DNA of 64,000 nt from Candidatus Bathyarchaeota archaeon. GTDB lineage: Archaea; Thermoproteota; Bathyarchaeia; Bathyarchaeales; Bathycorpusculaceae. The notes under the pieces are model-generated. The model saw nothing but the letters and a program-made list of their open reading frames with translations, made no database searches and was not told the DNA's origin. Of this stretch, positions 1 through 10,495 are shown in pieces (within the stretch, counting starts at the first letter, position 1; the number at the start of each line of letters is the position of its first letter). The translations under genes and the position numbers were made by a program. Location: positions 64,001 through 128,000 of the forward strand of contig CAVYHV010000009.1 of assembly GCA_963768425.1 (NCBI GenBank), given 5' to 3'.

Positions 1-289
1 TTGCACGGGTGGCTTTAAAATTACATAGGATTCATAAAGAACTTTCGTTGCGATCAGGGCAAAAATAGACTTAAGGACCAAACTGGAAAAGAAATATCCA
101 ATTTATGAAGAAATTTATAAAGATGTTAGAAAACCGGGATGCAGTGTAGACATAGATGAAAATAAGGTCTCAAAACTTTATTTCGTTGATTGCAGTCCTG
201 TGATTCCGCATTCTATGTTCTTGCAATTGTTTAGGATCACCGCACTCAGTTTTGCAGAATGGGCAAGGATAAGTTATAGGAAGCATTAA
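1..289 (+). CDS. 3' end of a hypothetical protein (partial, probably frameshifted near nt 60)
   Basis: Open frame ...LEKKYPIYEEIYKDVRKPGCSVDIDENK...WARISYRKH* ends at TAA ~289. No family recognised. Confidence 0.35.
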
Positions 290-346
290 ACTGACCTCAT
301 TTTTGTTAAGAAACTCGTGAGCCCTAATAAGGTTTACATGCATAAG

Positions 347-890
347 CTATATAGATTCTGGAAATCTCAAGTGCATGTTTTTGCAAAGATATGCTGTTGA
401 AAAAGCCTCAAAAGCCAAATACATTAGTGGTTTGTCTATTTTGATATTGAACACTTTTTTTGAGTTTAGAATTTTGTTTATTGAGCATTTCTGAAAGCTT
501 ATCTTCGGGGTGATGATACCTTTCATTTTACGCGAAGATTTTGCCGCAGATAGCTTCTTTAGGGCACCAACTATAACAAGCAATGCAAGTCTCGCAATGA
601 TGCTGCTAAACTGGGAAACATTGTATTCGGGGGCTCTTCCGAGTTTCTCAAGGGTTTCGTTTTTTATAAAAAAATTTTCACATCTTTCTATATGATATAT
701 CGAAAACAAATACGTTGATTACTGCGCAACCAATTAACCACAGAGATATTGCATAGACCATAAAGTCAAAGTAAGCAGGTACACACCCTAAACTCAGAAA
801 TATGATAGCGTAAAAGCCCAAGTTATTCCTATTTGCTTTCAAATATTTTGTCAGGTTTGACCCAGCTTTGAAGGCTTTGAGATTTCTCAA
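347..890 (-). CDS. hypothetical membrane protein, probably one gene split by a frameshift (ORFs 678-890 and 347-709)
   Basis: Two overlapping minus-strand ORFs. The first has two hydrophobic segments. AT-rich. Confidence 0.3.
630..653 (+). repeat. 24-bp direct repeat, copy 1 (GGGGCTCTTCCGAGTTTCTCAAGG)
   Basis: Identical to 6548-6571. Confidence 0.85.
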
Positions 891-993
891 TACTAATGTT
901 CTAATTCTAAAGAAATAAGAATTATGAATTTAAAATATACAAAATAAATAGATTGGCACTTTTGAGATATCATGACATCTTGGTTGTAATCAC

Positions 994-1248
994 TTATTTT
1001 GTCGTAGTTTTTATCATGTGATAGTTTGCCTTGAATTCTTCACAAGATTTGTCCGCGTCATAATAGGCGTCGATTGAGGGTTCAAAAGAAGAATTAAGGT
1101 GACAATTATCACAAAAGACAATTATTGTTTTCTCGTATGTTTTCCGATGAATTGATAAACTTTGTTTACCGCATTCAGGGCAAAAAAAGAGTTTAGCTGT
1201 AATTTCCAAAACAACACTCTTCCGCATAAAGGTAAGCGGAATGGGCAA
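994..1248 (-). CDS. Elf1-like zinc-ribbon protein (transcription elongation factor Elf1 family, divergent)
   Basis: KLFFCPECGKQS...VFCDNCHL..F spacing and small size match the Elf1 pattern FxCPxC...CxxCxLxF. Confidence 0.55.
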   Translation of the reverse strand: MPIPLTFMRKSVVLEITAKLFFCPECGKQSLSIHRKTYEKTIIVFCDNCHLNSSFEPSIDAYYDADKSCEEFKANYHMIKTTTK

Positions 1249-1369
1249 TTATATCTTTCATTGATAAATCATATAATACATGTCGCGTTTGTAATTTTTC
1301 GCAATAATTCAAAAACAATGGTCAATTGATAAAAAACCATTTGGAAAAGATGTTGATCAATTGTCCACT

Positions 1370-1819
1370 TCAAATTTGATTTTGAAGAATTTTTGTTTCT
1401 AGACAGTTTTTGCACAGCTTGTGCTTGTATCTTGTTTTGCAATATTCTTCGAATGTCTCATGGCATGAACTACATATTAATTTAGGTTTCTTTGCTTCAA
1501 GAAGCTTAATTCTTTTCGTGATTTCGTTTTTGACTTCTTCGTCTTTTTCTTGCTTGAACGCTTCCTTCAATAATTTGATGGCGTACTCTGGACTCCTTTC
1601 CCCAAAAAGTTTTCCGAATGGACTTAGAGGCTTTCCTGATTCAAAGATTTCTTTTGGCAATAAGCAGATGAAATTTGCTGGGTACCCCCTGTAGTTTTTT
1701 GGGTCAATGACTGCAAAACGATACTGCTTGGACCAATTTTTCTTCTCAAAGGCTTCAAAGATCTTTAACCGATAATCAAACATTATTGACACTTTGAAGA
1801 ATTCAGGGTAATAATTCAT
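1370..1819 (-). CDS. hypothetical protein with C-terminal zinc finger
   Basis: 149-aa ORF with CSSC...CKNC near the C-terminus. Confidence 0.7.
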   Translation of the reverse strand: MNYYPEFFKVSIMFDYRLKIFEAFEKKNWSKQYRFAVIDPKNYRGYPANFICLLPKEIFESGKPLSPFGKLFGERSPEYAIKLLKEAFKQEKDEEVKNEITKRIKLLEAKKPKLICSSCHETFEEYCKTRYKHKLCKNCLETKILQNQI

Positions 1820-2677
1820 CTAATATTGTTTGTCAACATATAATCTATAGATCTTGGATTTCTTAAACTCGCCATCATTTTTGAAAATGTAATTAATAAT
1901 CATCAGTCCGGTTGAGCAACGAGGTTCGTAGAGTACTTTCATACGTGACTCACGAAAATCTTCATATCCTCATTTTTTACGGGATCTGTGTGTTCTTCAT
2001 TTCTTTTTTTGTTGAGATTGCATTCTTTAAAGACTATACAATCTTCGCAACTGAGACTACTGTTTTTGGCTTGACAATCTAAGACTATGGTTTTGTACAT
2101 TTTGATTCATCCAGTTATTTACTTTCGAGAGAAGTTGATTTTTCGGTTAAAACAATACTCCTGATTATTCGTGCTTTTCTTTTTTTGTAGTAAATGTTTT
2201 GCTCTTTAGCAATTCTTTGATATTGGTGTCGTTTACTGCAATCCTCAAGCAAATTGGAATAATCACAATCAGTTGACATCATTTTTGCTTCACTTGTTGC
2301 TAAGATATTTTGAAGTGCTTTTTAGGTATATGCGACATAAACTATATAGTGACACTTGAGCCTTCATAAATAGACTACATCAAATTGCTGTTTGTAGTTG
2401 TAGCATCGCCACTGTAAGCATGCATCGTTGGTTTTCGATATTTATCAGAGTGATTGCTTTTACTGTCGTTGCTCTATTTTCTTGCAATATCGGAAATGGC
2501 AACCAACAAGAAAAAAGCATGCCTGTGGTCATCTGAGCAAAAATAAGCCCTGAGGAAAAATTTCCATCCACTCCAAAAAGAAAAGCGCATAAGGACTTTT
2601 GCTTTAGCGGTTTTTCAAGTTTAACACGTGTCGGAATACGCTGTGAAAAGAGTAAATCGACAATCTGAGTCAAGAGC

Positions 2678-2775
2678 GATTTTCGGGGATTTCAAGAAAT
2701 TTTTGGACTCAACCTTCTGCTAATCCAAGTCCCAATGCCAATAAACTCACCTAAAACACAAAGAACAAATCGCAT
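2678..2775 (+). repeat. dispersed phased-repeat element, copy D
   Basis: GATTTTCGGG-GATTTCAAGA-AATTTTTG then GACTCAACCTTCTGCTAATCCAAGTCCC...CCTAAAACACAAAGAACAAATCGCA, matching the family core. Confidence 0.65.
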
Positions 2776-2903
2776 AGCCTTAACTCACTAAGACACTAAA
2801 AAAAGCGATTTTCTTTTCATTTAATATTAGGGACAAATCTGTATAAATTAGAATGCAAAATTAAACAAAAAAAGAAAAAGGGTTTTTGTTGTTTGTTTTT
2901 TGT

Positions 2904-5605
2904 TTATGGTCTTTTTCTTGTAACGAGCAATGCTAGTACTGCGCCGATTATGATTATGACGATAATGATTGCTACGATTCCGTATTCGACTGTTGCGTTT
3001 GATGCTAAGCCTGTGGTTGGTGTTGCTGTGGGTGCTGTTGTTGCTGATGCAGAGTTGGCGTAGAAGTATGTTGAGGCTGAAGATCCGTAGTATCCTCCTG
3101 TTCCTCCGAAGACCGCGGTGACCGTGTAGTTGCCTGCGATGTCTGGAGTCCATGTTATGCCGAATGTGCCTTCAGCGTTGCTTGTGGTTGATCCGATTAA
3201 TCTGTAGTTGTTGTTGGAGTCTAAGACGTACACTGAGACTGGAACGCCGGTTGTGTTGGTTGGCATTGGCTGCTGTTCGTAGACTGCTTCCATAAAGTGC
3301 GACATGCTTGCGTCAGATACGCATGGTAATCCGTTGGGGAAGTTTGATGCGACTGCTTGTTGTTTTGCGCCTGCTGAGACATCGGTAACTGTTCCTTCGA
3401 TGACTACCTTCGAGCCGACTGCTGTAGTTGGGTTTGGTACGGTCACGGTGGTCTTGCTTGGTCCTTGTCCGTATGCGTAGATTTGGCCGTCGTAGGAGTT
3501 ATATGCGGTAATTATGTTGTATGAGACTTCTGCTGCTGTGTCGTCGAACGCTAGTTCTTTCCAGATGAGTGCTCCTGTGGTGCCGTTTATGGCTAGCATT
3601 TGTGCTCCGTGGAATAGTGGTGGGCTGTATTCGTGTCCTTCTGAGAGGTATAGTACGTTGTTTCCGCCTGCCATCATGCCGCCGTATTGGACCCATATTC
3701 GCCAGATGCCATATGGGGTTTCTGTTCCAGGTGTGCCCTGTAGCAGGGTTGTTGAAGTTTGCCATAAGATCTTCCCAGTGCTCAAGGTGATAGCCCAAAT
3801 GTCTCCACCTAAGCCCCAGAGGTAGATTACGCCTGATGTTGAGTCTACAACGTCTTGAATGCCGTAGTCGTCATAGGAGTTTGGTGGACCGCCGTTCGGA
3901 CCGGTTAAAGTTATTTGCCATAGTTGTTGGCCTGTGGTCAATGAATAACCTGTGGTGACAAATGTGTTTTCGTCGCAATCGACATATACTCCGTTTCCAG
4001 CGAGGTCAACGAAGTTTTCGCTTATTCTTGTGTACGGTGTGTATGTTCGGTTAAATATCCAGAGCAATTGTCCAGTTGTTTGGCTGAAGCCTGCTTCTAC
4101 TGCCCATCCCTTTGTGTCTCCTACGCTTGTTGCGCCGTATCCAGCTGTTAATACGATAACGTTGCTTGCGATTTGTCCCTCTGTTAATCCTCCGCCGCTG
4201 AGTCCACTTGGACCAAAGAAGCCATTAGTGATTAGACTGTTGCCATTAAGTGTCGTAGGTATTGTTTGTGCTGCCCACATTAATCCAGCGTCGAAGTTGA
4301 ATACAGAGCCTGCGGATATACCCCATTGCCCTGCGGCTTCTGTTTCACCGAGTGCCATCGTCATGTTCCAAGCACAAAGCGTCGGACCTGTAAGGTTCTC
4401 GCGAACGGTGCCTGAAGGTAGATGCTCTGTTACTGCGTACAATGAATTTGGTAGTCCGGTAGGGCTGTAGGTGTAGTTAGTGTAGTATCCTACCCAGTTG
4501 CCGTATTGGTCCACGGTCATGAAGCCTCCTGCGAAGCCAGCGCTGGTGTGGTTCCGTTGACAATGCTGCAGACATACTTGCCCGTTAATGCGTCATAAAT
4601 GTTGTATTCGCCACCACCTGGAGAGTCAACTACTCCGGGGAGTGTTCCAGTAGTTAAGATGTATGGTCCAACTACGCCGTACTGGTTTGGTGTTTCATAG
4701 ATTGGTTGCATGCCGCCGATCAAAGCATTATTTGTGTTGATTGTCCACAATGTTTGTCCGTTGTACAAGTCTGTTGCGACTATGCCGTTAGTGTAAGATG
4801 TGGTTGTGGTGTACCAGGTTGAGTATAGTATGCCGTCGATTACTACTGGTTCCCATTTCGGCTCGTATTGTGAGGTTGTCCAGTAGCTACCTGATTGCTC
4901 GGTTGCGCCGGCATCGCCGCCTGCGACGCCACCTACAACCCACGGCATTGTCCACAAGATGTGTCCTGTGACTGGGCCCATGGTGTATGGGTTTTCGTCG
5001 CCAGAGTCATTGTATGCGCCTGTTGAACCGAAAGCATTAGCGGCTAATCCTAGCCAAGGTCCGGTGATGCTAGACCAAGTTTGGACGTTGTTTGAATTGA
5101 CTGGTGTTTGCCACCATGAGGTTGGAAGCGGAGTAGTCGGGATGCCGCCTACCGGCTGTTGCTGCACGACAAGTGTAGCTACGTTGCTCTTGCTGGATGC
5201 CATGAAGTCTCCTTTAAAAGCGGAAGGTCCATTTTCGCCGAATCCAGTAAGTTGTTGTCCGCCGTAGAACATTTGGAATGTGTAGTTGCCTACTGTGGTT
5301 GGGCTGTAGTGAGTGTATGTTCCTCCGGTGTAGTCTGCTGTGAAGTTGCCGAGTACTGTGGCTGTTCCGCCTGGAGGAGTTACAACGACCTCTAGGTTTG
5401 TCGCAAGTTCAGCTCCGGGTATTGGTACGGCTAGCCAGAAGTTAACGGTGACTTGTTGCCCAACTCCACATGGATCGGGCGCTACGTTGCAAAAGGCTAT
5501 CGTTGGGATAGTGATTTGTCCTGCTGCTGTTGCGGCAAATGTTGCTCCCATTGCGAGAATCATTAACATCGAAATCAAAATAGCTGCGATTTTACTAATT
5601 GACAT
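2904..5605 (-). CDS. large secreted PQQ-like beta-propeller / Ig-domain surface protein with C-terminal TM anchor (one gene, frameshift at ~4545)
   Basis: Signal peptide, repeated 'xxTGxxLW' propeller motifs, Thr-rich linker, TM helix and RKRP tail. Adding one C at ACA-CC[C]-AGC joins the ORFs as TPSAGFAGGFMTVD. Confidence 0.85.
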
Positions 5606-5674
5606 ATTTTTCAATCTTTATTCTCCTTTTTGTTGGTAGGAAAGGGGATGCTATTTTGATTTAATAAGGATTTG

Positions 5675-5691
5675 CCCATCTTTGCGATGGG
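5675..5691. promoter_or_regulatory. palindrome CCCATC-N5-GATGGG just upstream of the TATA-like box of the beta-propeller gene
   Basis: Perfect 6-bp inverted repeat next to TTATTAAA (minus strand, ~5659-5666). Confidence 0.4.
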
Positions 5692-5810
5692 GGCTTTTCT
5701 AAGCATGCCGTGCTATACTGTGAAAAAGGGCTGGGATGCCGTCAAAGAGACTAATTGCTTGTTCAATTTCCTTGCTATATTCAGATTCGTACAAAATCAA
5801 TCGATCTGAA

Positions 5811-5945
5811 AAATTTTTAGAGATTTCCAAAGATTTAGGAGATTTTTAAAAGATTTCTAGTTCATGGTTGTGATCAATTCACCTTTGTAGCAAAAAAAGC
5901 GATTTAAAACAAAGAAAATAATCGCAGGATTTTCTACTGCCTACA
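5811..5945 (+). repeat. dispersed phased-repeat element, copy E
   Basis: Five ~10-bp AGATTT units (5811-5860). Tail AAAAAAGCGATTTAAAACAAAGAAAATAATCGCAGGATTTTC closely matches the copy A tail. Confidence 0.7.
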
Positions 5946-6080
5946 ATAAATTAGTTTTTTTCATGTGAAAATTGAGCAAACCCTTTCTAAATGACTATTA
6001 TTTCAGGAAAAAAAATATTCCAGTTTGGAAACAGTCCTTAAGAAGCAATTGGCTCTCAATTCAAATGGAAATGGCAAGAT

Positions 6081-6652
6081 ATGGCAGTGAACTCTGGTTC
6101 GAAAGATAAATCTTTAGAGGCTTTAGATTTCATAATTAATGTTCTAAAAGAACATGAGCAAACCTTGGACAAGTCGATTGAAGAGTTGGCAACTGTTACC
6201 GAGCAGATAGGAAACACCGCGGACGGATTAAAAGGTAAAGTTGAAGGGATTGAGGAAAGAATAAACAACTTGGAAAAAGAAGTCACAAACCTGATGGACA
6301 AAGTTTCAAGCCGCGCCTAAGGAAGCATTGCCGACCCCTGTGAAGATAACGAGCCTCAAGCTCAACGACATTTGCAGGGTTGCCGTCGATTATTCATGGT
6401 GGACCTTTAGTGGTTTTGCGTTGCAGACAATGGGAGGATTTTCAGGCCTTAGCTATGCGTGTTCCACGTTGTCTTTCAGCTATAAAGAGGCCGAGAAGGT
6501 TTTCCAAGCTGAAGCGCTTAGGGGAAACCAAATAATTGTGTTATGCTGGGGCTCTTCCGAGTTTCTCAAGGATTCTTAAAGCATGGTTATCTCAAGAGCT
6601 AGACGTTACTGGACAGAACATCTTGGAAGGTTTCTTAGACAAAACGAAATAG
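6081..6652 (+). CDS. conserved hypothetical protein with N-terminal coiled coil (frameshifted)
   Basis: EALDFIINVLKEHE coiled coil. Reading continues in other frames to ...ALPSFSRILKAWLSQELDVTGQNILEGFLDKTK* at 6652. Confidence 0.6.
6548..6571 (+). repeat. 24-bp direct repeat, copy 2
   Basis: Identical to 630-653. Confidence 0.85.
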
Positions 6653-6843
6653 TCTGTAAAGAATTCAAAAGCTCAAAAAACTATGCAAAAATATGTTCGC
6701 CAAAAGTTTATCCATAAGATGTCCACTCAGCAGGATTAATTGGCGAGATCATTGTTGTGTTCTTAACAGCGCCTTCTTAATCATGGAGTGTTTATTCGAA
6801 AGACATATATCAATTTCGTAATATTTAATACAGTCATTCAACC

Positions 6844-7518
6844 GTGACACACTTGGAAAACAATCAGCCGACCACAAAAATAGTTGCACACAGCAAAAAG
6901 AAAATAGCCATAATTGCAGTAGCCATCCTGATAATCGCCATTACAGCTTCAGCCAGCGGACTATTGTTAACCAGCCAAAACACATCAAGCAATCAAACTG
7001 GCAACAACGGTGACCAAAACAATCCTCAATCCTGGATCAAAATAGGTGCCTACGCGACATACCAAGGTCAAGCCACAATTCTGTCAATGACCGTTTCCTT
7101 CAACGCAAAAATGGAAATCGTCAACCTAAACGACACTTACTTTCAAATCTCAACTGACTTTAACATGTCAACGCCATATGGAGCAACAGAAAACACTACC
7201 ACAACTTGGGTAAGCAGAGAAAACATAACTTTCCAGCCAGAAGGCCTAACTCTTAACAGTACTTATAACACCCAAATAACCCTGCCACATCTCGGAACAC
7301 AAAGCTGCACCGTCTACGAATACAGCAGCCAAGGAATCAGCGCAGCTTATTACGTCGATAACAAAGTTCAATGGCCTATCAAAATGGTCATGAGTTCTCC
7401 ACCAGTGGATGGGCAATCTTATACCATGGACATAAACTTCGTTGACACAAACATACCTGGTCTTAACTGTTGCAAGTCAAAGCCAGCTCGGTTAATGAAA
7501 GAAAGAAGAATAATTTAG
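6844..7518 (+). CDS. membrane-anchored extracellular protein
   Basis: KKK plus hydrophobic anchor, N/Q/S linker, beta-rich Thr/Ser domain. Confidence 0.75.
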   Translation: MTHLENNQPTTKIVAHSKKKIAIIAVAILIIAITASASGLLLTSQNTSSNQTGNNGDQNNPQSWIKIGAYATYQGQATILSMTVSFNAKMEIVNLNDTYFQISTDFNMSTPYGATENTTTTWVSRENITFQPEGLTLNSTYNTQITLPHLGTQSCTVYEYSSQGISAAYYVDNKVQWPIKMVMSSPPVDGQSYTMDINFVDTNIPGLNCCKSKPARLMKERRII

Positions 7519-7658
7519 CTTCGTGGTTTTTTGTAAAATCGATTTTTCAGCTATTGAATAGCGGATCAAGTTGCAATTGCTTAGTGGAATTTTCAAGTTA
7601 ACAGTTGTTTTAGTGGCGGCTTTATTTTTGTTAGTATTTGAGTTTATCCAGTTGGGGC

Positions 7659-7745
7659 AGATTTAAGGAGATATTGAGAGATTTTTAGACGCACCTGCAA
7701 ACTGATGCAAGCCCTAAATCAAGAAAGCGAGCCAAAACATAAAGA
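7659..7745 (+). repeat. dispersed phased-repeat element, copy C
   Basis: AGATTTAAGG-AGATATTGAG-AGATTTTT then GACGCACCTGCAAACTGATGCAAGCCCTAAATCAAGAAAGCGAGCCAAAACATAAAGA. Confidence 0.65.
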
Positions 7746-7801
7746 GAGTCCTGACGCAAAAGAACGCTGCAAAAGATCATAGTGAAAATTATTATAGGCT
7801 C

Positions 7802-7955
7802 TTCTCCTAGAGCATTTTTTGGGGTGTTTTCAGATCTTTTTAGATGACTTTCTTAGACTGTTTCTAGACGACCAGTTGCAACCTATCCAAGCCCCAAACC
7901 AAAAAAGCAACCTAAAACAAAGAAAAAATTCGCAGGGTTTTCCACAAAGCCACAA
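7802..7955 (+). repeat. dispersed phased-repeat element, copy A
   Basis: Degenerate 10-bp units, then a 37-bp core (7870-7906) identical to the reverse complement of 23026-23062. Confidence 0.85.
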
Positions 7956-8060
7956 CAGCGCGTATAGTGGAGCTCTTTGGATAACATTGCTTTCAGGTAG
8001 AAAGATTTAATTATTGATAGTTTCTGTTGGTTTCATTAATAATGGAGGATTGAAAAAGAA

Positions 8061-8340
8061 ATGCCTACTTGCCCACATTGTGGTGCCACGGTTCCTGAAG
8101 GAGCTGTTTACTGTGGCAACTGTGGAGCTACATTAAACTCCCCCGATCACTTCAACATCTACTACCGTTCAATCTCAAACTTCTCAGCCATCAGACTGGT
8201 CAAACAATCCAAGCATCATCGGCGGCGACATGCAGGCGCGATACGAAAAAGCAATAAAGCGAACTGAATGGTTAAGCTATGCAGCGGCGGGTCTTGGGGT
8301 AGCAATACTTGTTGTATTAATCGCATTTTCTTTCCTGTAA
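8061..8340 (+). CDS. zinc-ribbon domain membrane protein (frameshifted)
   Basis: CPHCG...YCGNCG. An alternate frame gives a Ser/Thr linker and a C-terminal TM helix ending at TAA 8340. Confidence 0.7.
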
Positions 8341-8382
8341 GATAAGGGAAATGCAGGAAAATAATTCTACGAGGTGGAAAAT

Positions 8383-8487
8383 TTGGAAAACACACTTGAA
8401 CAGACTGTTAAAAGAATAGAGCGGATAAACAATATTCTTTGGATAGCAGTTATAGTGGAAGCAATAGTTCTTGTCCTGCTTTTGTAG
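8383..8487 (+). CDS. small single-TM protein (34 aa)
   Basis: GAGGTG RBS, TTG start, MENTLEQTVKRIERINNILWIAVIVEAIVLVLLL*. Confidence 0.45.
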   Translation: MENTLEQTVKRIERINNILWIAVIVEAIVLVLLL

Positions 8488-8583
8488 GGCAAGTTCCACT
8501 TCCCACATTCCTAATTATCACTCACCAACTTAATTTTGCAAAATATTTGGAAATCTCTACGTCTAACAGCAGGTCGCTTCTGA

Positions 8584-8943
8584 TTACCCGAGGTATTCGC
8601 ACCAGCTTTTTGGGCTTTCCCAAACCCTGACTTTCTCCAGCTTGGGTTTCTCGGGCAAGATGTTTTTCAGTTGATTAAAGTAGTATTTTGCGATGTTTTC
8701 GGATGTGGGGTTCTCAAGTTCTTTTATTTCGTTAAGGTAGGTGTGGTCAAGTTTGTCGGTCACTGTTTTTAGGGCGGCTTTCAAGACCGCGAAGTCGATG
8801 ACCATTCCGTTGGACTCAGTTTTTTCGCCTAAAACGAAAAGCTCAACTGTCCAGGTGTGCCCATGAAGGTTTTCGCATTTGCCGTTGCTGTCAACTACTT
8901 TGTGCGCCGCAGCAAAAGTTGTTTCAACCCTAAGCCTGAACAT
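8584..8943 (-). CDS. queD: 6-carboxytetrahydropterin synthase
   Basis: FAAAH, CENLHGH (CxxxHGH), LDH, PTSENIA and VWES motifs. Confidence 0.9.
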   Translation of the reverse strand: MFRLRVETTFAAAHKVVDSNGKCENLHGHTWTVELFVLGEKTESNGMVIDFAVLKAALKTVTDKLDHTYLNEIKELENPTSENIAKYYFNQLKNILPEKPKLEKVRVWESPKSWCEYLG

Positions 8944-8957
8944 GGCTTCATCCTCCG

Positions 8958-9737
8958 CTAAAGGGTCCCTCTCCATTCTGAACAGACGTTGTGGTCATGA
9001 ATGGATTCAAAGCTTACGCATTTAACCGTGCAGTAACGCTTAGGATACTTTTCTTTAAGCAGCTGTACGCATTGCCTTGTCACGTCCTCAACAAACTTGG
9101 CGTTCTTATGCATATTTTCAACCACCTTCTTCTCTTCAGGTCGTTTAAGCAGCGAGAACGTCGGCGAACTGAAGCTTTGACTGCAAATCTTGAGGACATC
9201 AAGCAAGTCAGTGTTTTCCGTTACGTCAATTTCCACGCTCAAGGAGCCTCTCTGGTTATGGGTCAACCCGCCACACATTTCCTTCGAGCATGGGCAGGCT
9301 AAGGCGCCGTTAACGGTGATGCCTGCTGTTTTCTTTCCCGTTTTGGTGGAGTACCGCGCAAACATTTGAGCAATCGAGTTTTCTTTTTTGCCGCTTGGTC
9401 TAACCCTGTTAAATGGGAGTTCACCGAAAACTTCTGTTTGACAGTGGAAACCATGCTTCTTAAACGCGGTTTTCGAAATCTGCACCGCCAAATTCTCAAT
9501 TGACGCGGCTTCTCGCGGGGTTTCTTCAACGGTTTCGATGAACCTGCTCATATGAACCCCGCGTAGATGAGACGGCAAGGTAATGTAGCTGTTTATGGTA
9601 ACAATGATGTTGAAGGTTCCCTCTGGCCTTTTCACCATCACCAGTTTCCGAAGACCTTCCACACCGACTTTTTCCAGTTCAATTTCATTTTCTGGTTTTT
9701 GGTTTTGAACGTCGACGACCAAATTTTTGATCCCCAT
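8958..9737 (-). CDS. folE2: GTP cyclohydrolase, FolE2/MptA family
   Basis: RGVHMSRF, ACPCS, THNQR, LKRPEE, KFVEDV and ESIHDHN motifs. Confidence 0.9.
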   Translation of the reverse strand: MGIKNLVVDVQNQKPENEIELEKVGVEGLRKLVMVKRPEGTFNIIVTINSYITLPSHLRGVHMSRFIETVEETPREAASIENLAVQISKTAFKKHGFHCQTEVFGELPFNRVRPSGKKENSIAQMFARYSTKTGKKTAGITVNGALACPCSKEMCGGLTHNQRGSLSVEIDVTENTDLLDVLKICSQSFSSPTFSLLKRPEEKKVVENMHKNAKFVEDVTRQCVQLLKEKYPKRYCTVKCVSFESIHDHNVCSEWRGTL

Positions 9738-9973
9738 TCAATTTCCTAACCAGCATTCTGCCCTTGAATGCCTTGGTTTAATGGATTTGACTGAGGAGAG
9801 AGAAACCTTGTTGCTTATTATGTCTTACTTAATTAATACGTGAATTCTGAATGCGTTTTAATGCGTGCGAAATAGAAGAATCTCGCCATTATTCATACAG
9901 CTCTTTCAGTACTTCATCCAAACAGTGACCAGCCCGAAAGTAGAGGTTAAACGTCAAGCAGCCAAGCATTTAA

Positions 9974-10237
9974 TCACTTTTTAGATTGCTTGTCTGCCTC
10001 TAACGCCTTTTCTAACCGCATTATTTTCTTCTGCTGTGACAGCAGGATCGAAATAACCATGGGCTCAAAGAGAATCGGCTGCGTTGCGTTACTTCCCGCA
10101 GACGCATAACTTCGGCAAGCATCCATCAAAACCTCGAAAGCTTCCTTATCGTCTGTTCTCAGCGCTTTCGAAAAACCATTCCACCGACGTATTTCATCTT
10201 CAATAGCCATACGATATGATTCAATAGTTTTTCCCAT
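9974..10237 (-). CDS. conserved archaeal hypothetical protein
   Basis: Clean 87-aa helical ORF (MGKTIESYRMA...) with a GGGAG RBS. Confidence 0.75.
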   Translation of the reverse strand: MGKTIESYRMAIEDEIRRWNGFSKALRTDDKEAFEVLMDACRSYASAGSNATQPILFEPMVISILLSQQKKIMRLEKALEADKQSKK

Positions 10238-10495
10238 AATTCATATCTCCCAAATTAGGGTTTTACGTAAAAGACTTTTTTGCCATTTAAATTATCGGCT
10301 CAAACGACATTGCCACTCAGTAGAGGGATAAGTGAAAGTGACCCAACTGGCAACGCCTTTTGGAGTAACAAAACCTGTCACCAGATTCTTAAAACGAAGG
10401 TTTATCGCTTATGAATTTACCCGCGTCGGTTTCGCCAATGTTTATTAGTTTCTAATTGCCTAGTCGTCGCTTCAAAATTCCAGACGGTGAATCAC

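Noticed and set aside
2000-2100. Additional minus-strand copy of the phased-repeat element (GTCTCAGTTGCG...)
   Set aside because: Suggestive but too degenerate to call by eye. Needs a profile score.
2860-2903. A-rich/T-rich inverted stretch after the propeller gene as a novel element
   Set aside because: Low complexity. It reads as an ordinary archaeal oligo-T terminator region on the minus strand.
4517-4550. Programmed frameshift or two-gene split in the propeller gene
   Set aside because: One missing C in a short C run explains it, there is no slippery heptamer, and similar indels are widespread.
7819-8010. ORF sharing DQLQPIQAPNQK with ORF 22910-23113 as a small-protein family
   Set aside because: The identity comes from the shared DNA core. 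A 10-bp period does not preserve frame, and other copies do not keep the ORF.
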